From positions 1 to 55,529 of the IMG/VR virus record IMGVR_UViG_3300019871_000002: DNA of 55,529 nt; one strand, 5' to 3'. Shown here one piece after another: positions 27,543 to 37,275 of this stretch. The notes beneath the pieces are model-generated. The model had not been told where the DNA came from. It searched no databases and worked only from the letters and a program-made list of their open reading frames with translations. Each line of letters starts with the position of its first letter. Position 1 is the stretch's first letter. The translations under genes and the position numbers were made by a program. This DNA comes from a virus. Its lineage: Duplodnaviria; Caudoviricetes.

Positions 27543-28273
27543 TACAGTCTCCAATGATTGCGGACCCACGGGGTCTCGGCTTTGATTTCGGGATCCCACG
27601 GTTTGTAGAGGCCATGGAAGAAGTGGATAACGTTGTCGGGCTTGCAGCCTTGCAGTTTAGATTGCAGCGGATAGGACACGACCCGCGGGCTCTTGATGCC
27701 CACCGACCCGTCGCGCCCCATCAATCGATAAGACAACCACGCTTGATCAGAGCCATGGTAGCCAGCGTTCGCGGCTTCGATGCGTGACTCGTTTCCTTTG
27801 AACTCGTCCCATATGAACTGCAATGTGCCATCTGAGTTGAACATTTGCAGTGATCCATTGAACACACCACGCCCAGTGCGCCCACCAGGTAACTCCCATC
27901 CGATGTAGTCTCCCTTGATTGTAAACAAGTCAAATAGTGGCCCGCTCACAACCGCATCAACGTCGAGACCAACGATACGATCCCCGATCTTGATGCCGAG
28001 GTCGCGTTGGGTCTTCTGGTCGTATAGTTTCAAGCGTCGGTAACACGAAGGCAGGTAAGCCTTCGTGGCATTCGTCAGCATCCTGTGATCGTTCCACAGC
28101 TCGAACGTCTCGCATTCAACGCCGGTGGGATCATCGGTGATGCAAATGATGCGATGATCGCAGTCGAGGTGGCGCTTGATCATCGCGCACATGGTGTTGA
28201 TATGCACCGCGGTATAGACTCGATTGAGTCTCAGGTTCTCCTGATACCACTTCAACAACACGACTGTGATCAT
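27542..28273 (-). CDS. glycosyltransferase, GT-A fold (GT8-like)
   Basis: ICITDD, GLDVD (DxD), FNGSL, GSDQAWL, FFHG..KPW. Confidence 0.82.
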   Translation of the reverse strand: MITVVLLKWYQENLRLNRVYTAVHINTMCAMIKRHLDCDHRIICITDDPTGVECETFELWNDHRMLTNATKAYLPSCYRRLKLYDQKTQRDLGIKIGDRIVGLDVDAVVSGPLFDLFTIKGDYIGWELPGGRTGRGVFNGSLQMFNSDGTLQFIWDEFKGNESRIEAANAGYHGSDQAWLSYRLMGRDGSVGIKSPRVVSYPLQSKLQGCKPDNVIHFFHGLYKPWDPEIKAETPWVRNHWRL

Positions 28274-28983
28274 AGCACGCGCTCATACGGCAGCCGCAGG
28301 GGATTCGACGCACGATAGGGCGTGCCTCGTCGTTTCTCCTCCAATGCCGGGTTAGAGGCCGCATAGTATTCACCCTCTTTGCGGGAGTACTTGCGCGTGT
28401 TCGCGTCCGGTATCTCGTCCGTTGTGAACTCGTACAAATAGAAGTCGGCCATCTGCTTCTCGATCAGACCAGCCCCCTTCGCACACTTGCGGAAGTTACC
28501 ATCGCTGCCATAGAAGCCAACGAAGTCTTCGTCGTAACCGCCCATGTCCCAGAAGTCGCGCCTATGGAACAGGAACGAGTTCGGGTGTGGGTGCTTGGGC
28601 TCACCTCTGCAAACACGGTTCGGCATATAGTAGGTCTTGCGTGTCGGCTCGAAGCGCATCAGCGTTGCGATCTGATCCGTGTTGACCATGTGATCCATGT
28701 CGGTCAACAATACCCAGTCAGTCTGCGCATGATGCATGCCGATATTGCGTGCCGCGTCCTGACCCCACGGCCTGTCCTCGAGCACGCGAAACAGCATCAG
28801 GTCGATACGACAGGCGCCATGCTTGCGCACGACATCGAGCGCGGGCGAGTCCGTTGATCCGTCGTCGACAATCAGAAACCGAACGTGCCCATAGATCGGG
28901 TCGTACTTCTTCCACTCGTCGAGATGCAGTCTGAGCATACCCGGGTTCTCGTAGTATGCCATGACGATCGTGACTTCGTTCAT
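28270..28983 (-). CDS. glycosyltransferase (GT2/GT7-like)
   Basis: TIVMAYYEN, IVDDGSTD, ARNIG, TDMDH, GGYDEDFVG.YG.D. Confidence 0.88.
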   Translation of the reverse strand: MNEVTIVMAYYENPGMLRLHLDEWKKYDPIYGHVRFLIVDDGSTDSPALDVVRKHGACRIDLMLFRVLEDRPWGQDAARNIGMHHAQTDWVLLTDMDHMVNTDQIATLMRFEPTRKTYYMPNRVCRGEPKHPHPNSFLFHRRDFWDMGGYDEDFVGFYGSDGNFRKCAKGAGLIEKQMADFYLYEFTTDEIPDANTRKYSRKEGEYYAASNPALEEKRRGTPYRASNPLRLPYERVL

Positions 28984-29705
28984 GCTCGTCCCCGCCAGTA
29001 GTCGGTCTGCAAGTCAGGCCGAACAGGAGGATACCCAAGCGAGGAGTTGGCCTCGCCCATAACGTGGTTGACAAGACACGGCACGCGGAACGCGATCACG
29101 TGGCCGGCATTGTTGATGCACTCACCAATGATGCCGTCAATATTCTTGTCCTTCTTCGGGTCGTCAGCGTAGTGCTGGAACAGCGGGTTGGATAACAACG
29201 CCTTGGCCCAGTCGCGACGAAACAGATAGCACTGGGCGCCCCATGTCTTGCGACCATGCTGCATGCCCTCGAAATGATAACCGGGCATCAGGCCCAGACC
29301 ATGCGCCTTCGAATGACGACGCGGCAGATATAGACTGATGCAGCGCACGCGCCGGTTGTTATCGTCATCCCAATTGCGGCGATCGAGTTCAGCAATCAAG
29401 CGCTCCGCACAATTGGGCACCCACGTGATATCGTCTTCGCAGACCATCATCCACGGGTACGGATATTGACCCGAGTCCGCGATCACAATCATGGTACGAA
29501 GCGCGTTGACCCAGTTGCCCTTGTTACCAAGGGGTACCGCATTACGATAGACCGACACGCCATCGAGGTCGCAGGGGCCATCAGCGAACACCATGGCGTC
29601 GATCAACTGGAACCCCGCGAGTTCGAGCGATAGCAACGACTTCGCGATCGTGGGGCGCGGTCGCGGTGCTGTGATGATGCCGATTTGGATCAGCGTATCA
29701 CTCAT
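28980..29705 (-). CDS. glycosyltransferase (GT25-like)
   Basis: MMVCEDD, GAQCYLFRRDWAKALL, NID, PCLVNH.G..SS. Confidence 0.7.
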   Translation of the reverse strand: MSDTLIQIGIITAPRPRPTIAKSLLSLELAGFQLIDAMVFADGPCDLDGVSVYRNAVPLGNKGNWVNALRTMIVIADSGQYPYPWMMVCEDDITWVPNCAERLIAELDRRNWDDDNNRRVRCISLYLPRRHSKAHGLGLMPGYHFEGMQHGRKTWGAQCYLFRRDWAKALLSNPLFQHYADDPKKDKNIDGIIGECINNAGHVIAFRVPCLVNHVMGEANSSLGYPPVRPDLQTDYWRGRA

Positions 29706-30289
29706 AGCTGCACCACCCAATACGACGCCTCGAGTTTGTAGTTGCGCGGGTCACGCTTGCGATAGGTGATCTGCGCACGCTTGAGGAACGTTTCATCCAC
29801 GGCCTGCTTCACACCCGGCCACGTGTAGTCGTCGCCAGAGATCACACCATATGGCTTCATCTTCGGCAGCCACACGTCAATGTCATCGCGGACGGCTTCA
29901 TACGAGTGATCGCCGTCGAGCATCAGGAAGTCGACTGACTCGTCTGCGTGCTCGAGGGCAGCATCGACCGAGAACTTTCGGATCGGCTTGATGATGTCCG
30001 AGAACGGCTCACAGTTACGAAGGAACGTCTCATAGACCGAGCGCCCCTGCAACGCCTTGAAGTGTTCAGTCATGTTGAGGTCCGGGCCACCGTCGATCCA
30101 CGGATCGACGCATTCGAACTTGATGGCCTTCTCCGACTCCTTGATCAACTCGGCCATCAGGCATGCCGACTTACCAAGCCACGACCCGACTTCAACGAAC
30201 AACGCGGGGCCCTTCGTCTGGTCTACCATCTGCCGGTACAGCAGTTCGAATGCTGCCCAGCCGTCGACTGTCTTCCAATGATCTCTCAT
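29702..30289 (-). CDS. class I SAM-dependent methyltransferase (Methyltransf_24-like)
   Basis: FVEVGSWLGKS, LDGDHSYEAV..D, GVISGDDY. ATG at 30289. Confidence 0.88.
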   Translation of the reverse strand: MRDHWKTVDGWAAFELLYRQMVDQTKGPALFVEVGSWLGKSACLMAELIKESEKAIKFECVDPWIDGGPDLNMTEHFKALQGRSVYETFLRNCEPFSDIIKPIRKFSVDAALEHADESVDFLMLDGDHSYEAVRDDIDVWLPKMKPYGVISGDDYTWPGVKQAVDETFLKRAQITYRKRDPRNYKLEASYWVVQL

Positions 30290-31170
30290 CCCCATACTCC
30301 GTTCTCGAGCTCGCTCACGAGCACATCCCACACTTGATTGCCCTTGTGGTCTTGGGCGTTCCCCTGCACGTCGAAGAACCGCGACTCGTAGTAGCCGTGC
30401 ATCGTCCACGCCACGCTGGTCTCGAGTATGAGCCAGCGCTTGGTGTTCCTGTCTTGCACCATATCGATGCAAGCCCACTTCAGCTGTTCATGATCGAAGA
30501 ACAGGTTGGCCTGCACCAGCGCCGACTCGATGTCGGGGCTTAGATTCGTGACTGGCGTGACATCACCAGCGCCGTTAGTGCCTTTGTTCGCTCGACGGAT
30601 GACGCATCGCTTGGTGCCGATAGCGAGTACTCGAACGTCGGCGTCATTGTCGGCGACGAACTCCTGCCACAACAGATAACCGCGTTGGGTCTGGCCGTGT
30701 CGACACTTAATGCCGACATCGGAGAAGGCGTGTCTAATCTCCAATCGCGCTTCGTCAATCGTCGATACCACTCGGACGTTATGGGAAGAGGCACCTTCTG
30801 ATCCTTTGCTCATGAACGGCAACGCGATCTGGTTCGCGTCGAGTGCGCGGCGTGCAGCGCCGGGTGTGTAGTAGACGTGGGTGCGCGGCATCCATCGTGC
30901 GAAGCGGCGTGCCTGTTCGAGCTTGTCATCGTAGAACACCGACGACTGATAATCTGGGATAAGTATCAACTCGGGGTTCATTGCCATGATCGCCATGACG
31001 CGCTTATGCAAGATGCGCACCGACGGGTGATGGTGCATATGCATGAACACATGCCCGAAGTCTGGCTTCCTCGGGTCGTCGAATAGGTGCGCGTCATGAC
31101 CGCGGGCTTGAGCGACCTGCGCAAGCTTGCTACCCCAGTCGTGGGCATCCTCAAAACACCACAGCTTCAT
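30286..31170 (-). CDS. RimK-like ATP-grasp ligase
   Basis: DDKLEQ, MPRT, PFMSK..GASS..V, WQEFV..ND.DVRV..IG, IDMV, ILE. Confidence 0.82.
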   Translation of the reverse strand: MKLWCFEDAHDWGSKLAQVAQARGHDAHLFDDPRKPDFGHVFMHMHHHPSVRILHKRVMAIMAMNPELILIPDYQSSVFYDDKLEQARRFARWMPRTHVYYTPGAARRALDANQIALPFMSKGSEGASSHNVRVVSTIDEARLEIRHAFSDVGIKCRHGQTQRGYLLWQEFVADNDADVRVLAIGTKRCVIRRANKGTNGAGDVTPVTNLSPDIESALVQANLFFDHEQLKWACIDMVQDRNTKRWLILETSVAWTMHGYYESRFFDVQGNAQDHKGNQVWDVLVSELENGVWG

Positions 31171-31206
31171 GACGCGCTATTCCTTATTGAGCCCGAAGGC
31201 TTCTCG

Positions 31207-31674
31207 TTACGCCCAGGTCTTCGCGCCGGTCTTGGGATCGATGATCGGCGTGTTCAGGTCACGAGCCTTGCCGATATGCGGAGGAAGCTTGCCTTCCTGC
31301 GCCTTCACGGCCTGGTCGTGGATCTTCTGCTGGTTGATATCGTGACCAGCCTCATTGGCTTCGTTGCGAGCGGCCATCGCCTTGTCCTGCACGGCCGCCT
31401 GCTTCACCGGGTCGACCACGTTGGTCTTGACGTTCTGGCGTTTCGCTTCCGCGTCGATATCGGCCTGAGTCTGTGCCGTGTTCGGTGCGGGAGCCGCCGG
31501 TGCCTTGCGCGGTTCGCCAGTCTTGGGGTCGATGCCCTGCGACGCGGCCGCACGATCGCGGTTGCGCTGCTCCTGTTCGGCCTTGATCTGGTCGAGAGAC
31601 TTGACACCGGGCTGAGGTGCCGTCTTCGATTGTTCAAGGGTCTTGGGTGCGTCGGTCATCGTTGTCTTCTCCAT
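31207..31674 (-). CDS. hydrophilic Ala/Gln/Lys-rich protein
   Basis: 155 aa, likely disordered, with IDPKTG present twice. Confidence 0.7.
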   Translation of the reverse strand: MEKTTMTDAPKTLEQSKTAPQPGVKSLDQIKAEQEQRNRDRAAASQGIDPKTGEPRKAPAAPAPNTAQTQADIDAEAKRQNVKTNVVDPVKQAAVQDKAMAARNEANEAGHDINQQKIHDQAVKAQEGKLPPHIGKARDLNTPIIDPKTGAKTWA

Positions 31675-31681
31675 GTTCCCC

Positions 31682-32836
31682 TCAGGCGTCTTCGCGGGTC
31701 GGGGTTTTCCGCGCCTGTCTGTTATGCAACCACTTCATCAATTCGTTGTGGTTGCGCAATCGTGGTACTTCCCCCGGCCTGTTCACGAACTTGCCCGACT
31801 TGCGATGCCGCATCGGATTGGCGTCGTCGATCTCGTCACCGTTGTCAGCCTCGAACGTGCAGCGACAATCAGGGTGTGCGGGGATCAGCGATCGAGCTTC
31901 ATCTAGGGTGTACGGATTACCATCCTCGATGTCCTCGCATATCGGGCACACGTCATCGTCACCCGCCGTCACCACATTGACCGATGCCTTCGATCCCCCT
32001 AGTACACGCTCGACTTCGCGCTCCTGCGCCTTGATGCGATTGACTGTTGACTTCGACGGGCCGCCCTCAGTGTTTCGGCTTCGAGAACCAGCACCCTTTT
32101 TTGGCGCGTCGATCGTCCGGATGTCCTTCGTTTTGATGGGGTTACGCCCCTCGGCAACGAGCCCGACACGCGTTATTCCGGCGGCCTCGTATGTGTCCAG
32201 CGTTGCCCCTGCATGGGCCTTCGTGACGAGCAGCCCGATCATTGCGTTCGTGCGATTGATGCCGACAGTGTCGAGCACCCGCCAGATGTCACGCACGATC
32301 TCCATTGGTCTCGAGTTGTGCAACAACCCGTAGGCCACCGCACGTGAGGATTGCTGTGACACGGCCTCGATGATCCCTTGCAACTCGACAACCGACAACT
32401 GAAAGATTGTCTCGATACGATGGGCCGAGGCGGAAGACAATATGTTGCGGTTCAGTTTGTCTTGCGCCATCAAGCTGCCTGCGTTGTAGGCGTCGACGAT
32501 AAAGGGCCGCATCACGGAGCCATCGCGACCGAGCACCGTCTGCTCCAGCGCCATGTCGAACCAGCGCTGGAATGACTGCACTTTCATGCCACCATTGTTG
32601 ATGGCGGGTGCCTGTGCATTCATCAACCCGTGGCCTGAAAGACCCAGCAGGTCGTGATCGACGATCATTGACTTGACCTGTTGACGCAATGTCTGCCATC
32701 TGATCCTCATGGTGCCCTTGAATTTGTTTCGCAGGCTTTGGGTCTGAGTCGGGTCGACCAAGCGCTTCTTGTCCGACACGCAGCACGAGCACCGGGCTGC
32801 GGTATCGAACACGTGTCCCTGATATCGCAGCGCCAT
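31682..32836 (-). CDS. head morphogenesis protein (MuF/SPP1 gp7-like)
   Basis: DPTQT, TAGDDDVCPIC, IPAHPDCRC. Follows the portal. Confidence 0.85.
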   Translation of the reverse strand: MALRYQGHVFDTAARCSCCVSDKKRLVDPTQTQSLRNKFKGTMRIRWQTLRQQVKSMIVDHDLLGLSGHGLMNAQAPAINNGGMKVQSFQRWFDMALEQTVLGRDGSVMRPFIVDAYNAGSLMAQDKLNRNILSSASAHRIETIFQLSVVELQGIIEAVSQQSSRAVAYGLLHNSRPMEIVRDIWRVLDTVGINRTNAMIGLLVTKAHAGATLDTYEAAGITRVGLVAEGRNPIKTKDIRTIDAPKKGAGSRSRNTEGGPSKSTVNRIKAQEREVERVLGGSKASVNVVTAGDDDVCPICEDIEDGNPYTLDEARSLIPAHPDCRCTFEADNGDEIDDANPMRHRKSGKFVNRPGEVPRLRNHNELMKWLHNRQARKTPTREDA

Positions 32837-32838
32837 TG

Positions 32839-34992
32839 TTACGACTCTTCCGTGTCGGTATTGTTGTCGAAGTCCTGCTTGATCTCCTCGAACATCTCAG
32901 GTCCGAGTTCGATCACGCCGGTGTAGGGCTTGACCTGCGAGAGATCGAGGTCGACGGGCTTCTTGTAGCTGATGGTGATATGCGGGGTGTAGTCATCAAA
33001 CGACCACGTCGCGCCTTCGCAGTTATCCATGATCGACATGTGGCGGTACTGCAATGCGGAGTTCGCTAACGCCATCACGGTCGCCTCACCGAACTGTTCC
33101 ATCACACGCGGTCCACCCGGCTTGATCGTCAGACCACCGTCGTCGTTCTCGCCACCCGACCATGAGTCGCCTGCCTTGAGCCAGTCAACGGGCGACTTGC
33201 TGTAAACGATAGTGACGTGCATATCGTCAAGCGATGTCGTGAACCCCTGCGCCTTGAACCACTTCTTGATGTCGTCTTGGTTCGTGACCATGCGACACAC
33301 ATACAGCGTACGCAGTGTCGAGGTTGCGTCGCCCATGCGAATGCGACCGGCCATGTCGCTGGTCTTACTGCCGCCTTTCGCAGGTGCACCCTTGGGCGTC
33401 GACTTGCTGGCCGGTGTCTTCGATGCGGGTGTGGACTTCGCGGTAGCACCCTTGGGTCCTGCCTTCGCGGGCGCCTTACTTGCATTCGGGTCAGCATTCG
33501 GATTGGTAGGAGCGCTGGGTGTGTTCGGGTTATTGGGATCTGCGACGACAGGAAGACCGGTCTCGGGATCGATCGCAGATGCAACGGGCGCCACAGGTGC
33601 CACGTAGTCCTCGCCGTACTCTTCGATCAAGGCTTCGAGGCCGGGGTAGGTGCCGTCATTGATCAGCTGTGCTTCGCGCGCCTTCTGCAGTACCAGCGGA
33701 GTAATGAGGCCTGCGTTGACATCGGCCGTGAACACCGTTGCCTTCTGAACCGCAATCGCAGCCGACTGCGCATCGTCCATCTGCCATAGCGGGTTCCAGT
33801 CGTACCACATGTCTGGCGGACGAGTTCCCAATGCAGACCGAATGATGACTTCATCGAGATTCTCCATCGCTGGTGTGATCGTCAACGACTGATCGGTTGA
33901 GATACGATCGTAGTAGTTGCGCGTATCGGAGTCGCCAGTTGCAGACATACCAGCAGGGGACTGCCCGAGGAAGCGAGTCGCAGGGATGTCGAATGCGCCA
34001 CAAACAATTAGCAGGTACATCTGAATGATCTGCGGCATCCCTTGGAAGTGTGCCTCGAGTCGATCCCATTCCTCCTCCTTGTCAACGATCAGCATCGAGA
34101 ACACGGACTTGACCATGTTCGCGACTGAGAAGCGTTTCTTCAATCGGTCTTCGTATGCCTGCGTCGTGATGTTCTCAGACAGGCCGGGTATCTTGACGAT
34201 GTCGATCTTCGCTTCCGAGATCAACTGCGCGATCGAACCCGATACCATCTGGGTCGACGTGATGGCATCAGTCACCGACTGCAGTACGGAGTCACCCCAA
34301 CCCATGGCGATATTGATGTCGGGGATCGCCTGACCGATGAACCGAACAACGCGCGACGGGTGCAGTTTGATCTGGCCGCCCGTTTGCAGATTGCCATTGA
34401 CTGCGACGCCCGTGGTGTTGTAGGTCGACTTCGTGTAGTAGGAGGGCTGACCGAAGTAGGGCGACATGATGTCCCAGTCGATCGGGCCTGCCCCTAAGTC
34501 CCACTTCGACACGACATGCAGGAACTTCAAGTCACCCTTCTTGACGTTCTCGACAACGAGCGGCTGGTCGCTGGTGCCTTGATCGACACCCATGATCAGA
34601 GCACCGCCGCCGTATAGGCGACCACGCTGTTGCGCAAGCATCACCTTGCGCTGAATGTTCATGTCCTTCTCGAGGGTTTCGATTGCGGTCAACGCATCGC
34701 CGTCTTCCTGCCATGTGCGCCATTCACGAGTCGCATCATAGGCCGGGATATCGATACCCTTGCGGGTGATCCAGTCGGATCGATAGGCCGCGTCCTGTTG
34801 TTCTTTCGACTGCTGATTGAATTGGTAGAACGTGTTCGCGAGCTTGTCCTTGTCGCCGCCCATACCCGTCATGGCGTTGACCAGACCGTCGGGGATCACG
34901 GCACTCAATGCCTTGATCATCGAGTCGTTGCTGAGGCCTCGCATGGTCGAGGGACGAGCCGCGCGCTGAGCACCTTTGGTTGCAGTCTTCAT
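32839..34992 (-). CDS. portal protein (DUF1073-like) fused to a C-terminal Acb1-like 2H phosphoesterase
   Basis: Portal motifs RLYGG, LHPSRV, IPATRFLGQSPAGMSATGDSD..NYYD. A P/A/K linker leads to a C-domain with HVT and HIT motifs. ATG at 34992 overlaps the TerL stop. Confidence 0.88.
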   Translation of the reverse strand: MKTATKGAQRAARPSTMRGLSNDSMIKALSAVIPDGLVNAMTGMGGDKDKLANTFYQFNQQSKEQQDAAYRSDWITRKGIDIPAYDATREWRTWQEDGDALTAIETLEKDMNIQRKVMLAQQRGRLYGGGALIMGVDQGTSDQPLVVENVKKGDLKFLHVVSKWDLGAGPIDWDIMSPYFGQPSYYTKSTYNTTGVAVNGNLQTGGQIKLHPSRVVRFIGQAIPDINIAMGWGDSVLQSVTDAITSTQMVSGSIAQLISEAKIDIVKIPGLSENITTQAYEDRLKKRFSVANMVKSVFSMLIVDKEEEWDRLEAHFQGMPQIIQMYLLIVCGAFDIPATRFLGQSPAGMSATGDSDTRNYYDRISTDQSLTITPAMENLDEVIIRSALGTRPPDMWYDWNPLWQMDDAQSAAIAVQKATVFTADVNAGLITPLVLQKAREAQLINDGTYPGLEALIEEYGEDYVAPVAPVASAIDPETGLPVVADPNNPNTPSAPTNPNADPNASKAPAKAGPKGATAKSTPASKTPASKSTPKGAPAKGGSKTSDMAGRIRMGDATSTLRTLYVCRMVTNQDDIKKWFKAQGFTTSLDDMHVTIVYSKSPVDWLKAGDSWSGGENDDGGLTIKPGGPRVMEQFGEATVMALANSALQYRHMSIMDNCEGATWSFDDYTPHITISYKKPVDLDLSQVKPYTGVIELGPEMFEEIKQDFDNNTDTEES

Positions 34993-36494
34993 AATGCGTC
35001 TGCCCACTTCATGGTTGTGTCATAGTTATATTGTTTGCCGATGGTCTTCGCGAACGCACCAGCGCCAGCGTCGACCTGATCCTTGTACTTGCCGGTCGGG
35101 AACACTTCGTGTTCGTCAACGTAGTCTTGGTTCCATTTGGCAACGACCAGCGATATGTTGCCACCCTGCCATTGTGCGGCGTACGGTTCGGCCCTGATCT
35201 CTTTCGCGCCCGTCACCTTGTCGATCTTCACGGTGTAGCCTGCGAGGTTCGCGACTGTGCGCTCCGCAGACTCCTTACCACCAGAGCCCGGCTCCTGTTC
35301 GATCCACGTTTCGAACCTGCCCCATTTCGCTTCGTCAGCCTCGGTCGTCGCCTTGATGTTCTGCTCACGCTCGAGGGCGGACCATTGGCCACGGACGACA
35401 TCGATCACGACCCAATCACCCTGATTGAGCAGCGCGATCAACACACCGCACGTGTAGGCACCACCACCACTGGTGCCCGCCTTGTCCCAATAGCGAATGA
35501 GCTTCTTGATCTCATTGTTGTTCGGTGCGTTGCGCACATACTTGATCTTCGCGACCGGGAACATGCCACCGCCCGACACGATCGGCGACTGCTGGTACAA
35601 CGACTCCCACGACGCAACGGTATAAGACTTCTTGCGTTCGTTCAGGAACGCTTTCGATTTGAACTGCGGGAACAGCGGCTCATGCTCTACCTTGCGCGGG
35701 TCCCATGCGTCATTGCGCAATCCCTCGCGTGGTTCGAGCACGGCCATCGCAGGATACTTTAGCACCACACACTCAGGGAAGTGCTCGATGAAGCGACCCG
35801 TCGGATCGTCAATGTGCCAACGGGTCATGGTGATGATCAGACCGGCCGCATCGTCAAAGCGGCTGAAGTAGTCGTCCATCAGCCAGTTCCACGTCTTATC
35901 GCGGATCGCTTTCGACTGCGCCTGTTCACGACCTTTCAATGGGTCATCGATCACGCCGAGGTCAAGGGACTTACCGTTGACCTGACCGTTGACCGTGACG
36001 TTGCGGAACGATCCCTTCTGCCCAACGAACTCTAACAGAGACGAGTTGCGCTGGTAGGCCGTGTCCTTGGATGCGTTGGTGCTGTTCAGTCTCGTGTCTG
36101 GAAACGTGCGGCGGTACTTGTCGTCATCCATGCGACGTTGCAGGAACGAGTTCGTGCTAACACCCAAGTCATCGGAGAACGATGCATAGATCGTTCGCAG
36201 GTGTGGACTCTTACCTGATGCCCACGACACGAAGTCTTGCAAGCCTCGGGTCTTGCCATGTTGCGGCGGCGCCTCGATCACGAGCTTGGGTCGTTCGCCT
36301 GCGATCAGCTTATTGTAGAACAGCTGGAACTGACGCGCGACTTCCTGAGGCCACCACCCCTTGATCATTGCCGCGTCCATGTACTGCCTGAATGCCCACA
36401 GATTCTCTCGGGCTTCGCAGGCATAGTACTCTTCGAGCAGGTCGATGTCGGACTCCGACCACGACTTGAACTCGTTTGGTGAGTGCTTATTCAT
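34989..36494 (-). CDS. terL: terminase large subunit
   Basis: APPQHGKT Walker A, IDDPLK Walker B, TRWH.DD, YWDKA, EQEPGSGGK, DQVDA. Confidence 0.95.
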   Translation of the reverse strand: MNKHSPNEFKSWSESDIDLLEEYYACEARENLWAFRQYMDAAMIKGWWPQEVARQFQLFYNKLIAGERPKLVIEAPPQHGKTRGLQDFVSWASGKSPHLRTIYASFSDDLGVSTNSFLQRRMDDDKYRRTFPDTRLNSTNASKDTAYQRNSSLLEFVGQKGSFRNVTVNGQVNGKSLDLGVIDDPLKGREQAQSKAIRDKTWNWLMDDYFSRFDDAAGLIITMTRWHIDDPTGRFIEHFPECVVLKYPAMAVLEPREGLRNDAWDPRKVEHEPLFPQFKSKAFLNERKKSYTVASWESLYQQSPIVSGGGMFPVAKIKYVRNAPNNNEIKKLIRYWDKAGTSGGGAYTCGVLIALLNQGDWVVIDVVRGQWSALEREQNIKATTEADEAKWGRFETWIEQEPGSGGKESAERTVANLAGYTVKIDKVTGAKEIRAEPYAAQWQGGNISLVVAKWNQDYVDEHEVFPTGKYKDQVDAGAGAFAKTIGKQYNYDTTMKWADAL

Positions 36495-37201
36495 CGAGCG
36501 GTATCATCCGTGAGCAACAGCGTTGCGCGTCGCCCGGTCAATGGATTGTCGAGACCTACCGACTGATACTGATCGGTCTTGCGGAACGATCGGTTGCGTC
36601 TCACGGTCGGCATGATGCGATAAGCGACTTGCGCATGGCGTACGCAATAGGCACCGACCTCGACATCAGCACCACATACCTCCATGCACTCGATATCGTT
36701 GCTGGTCGGCCACTGACAACACTCGCGACCACATTCAGAGACGGGTCGCGATGTCAGGGGGTGCTGTTCGATCACGCACGGCAGGTAGCCCTTCTTGCGT
36801 TCGACAAGCTTGGGGTCATTGCTGTTGAGCACGCGACGCTGGGGTGCGGGGTGCGATCCACGATCGCTCTCCGATCGCAGGATCACGGGGTCGAGCCCAG
36901 CCGCCGGCTGCTTGCGAGGACGCCCCATGCCCTTGCCTTTGCGCGGCTTCGCTTTCGCGGCGTCGTATGATTTGGGCTTACCATCGCGAAGACCCATGCG
37001 GTATGCCTTACCCAGCACAGAGTTGCGAGTCTTGGGTGCGGGGTTAGCGATCGGGTCAAGTGGGAAGCGTGCGTTGATCGCCTTTGCGATCTCGGAGTAC
37101 GACATCTCAGTCGAGCAGTACTCGACGAGTGCGGCCTTCATCTCAGGAGGCCAACCCTCGTCTGCCTGAGCACCACGACCAATGCCTTTTGATTTCGTCA
37201 T
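36491..37201 (-). CDS. gcrA: GcrA-like transcription regulator (alternative in-frame start at 37276)
   Basis: W...SYSEIA...TRNSVLGKAYRMGL N-domain and CQWP...CG...YCVRHAQVAY C-domain. GGGAGG SD before 37201. Confidence 0.85.
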   Translation of the reverse strand: MTKSKGIGRGAQADEGWPPEMKAALVEYCSTEMSYSEIAKAINARFPLDPIANPAPKTRNSVLGKAYRMGLRDGKPKSYDAAKAKPRKGKGMGRPRKQPAAGLDPVILRSESDRGSHPAPQRRVLNSNDPKLVERKKGYLPCVIEQHPLTSRPVSECGRECCQWPTSNDIECMEVCGADVEVGAYCVRHAQVAYRIMPTVRRNRSFRKTDQYQSVGLDNPLTGRRATLLLTDDTAR

Positions 37202-37275
37202 GTTGTTCCTCCCTGCACACCGCTTGCATACGGTATGCCCAAATGTGACTGAACGATCGCAGGTCGCACACTTCA

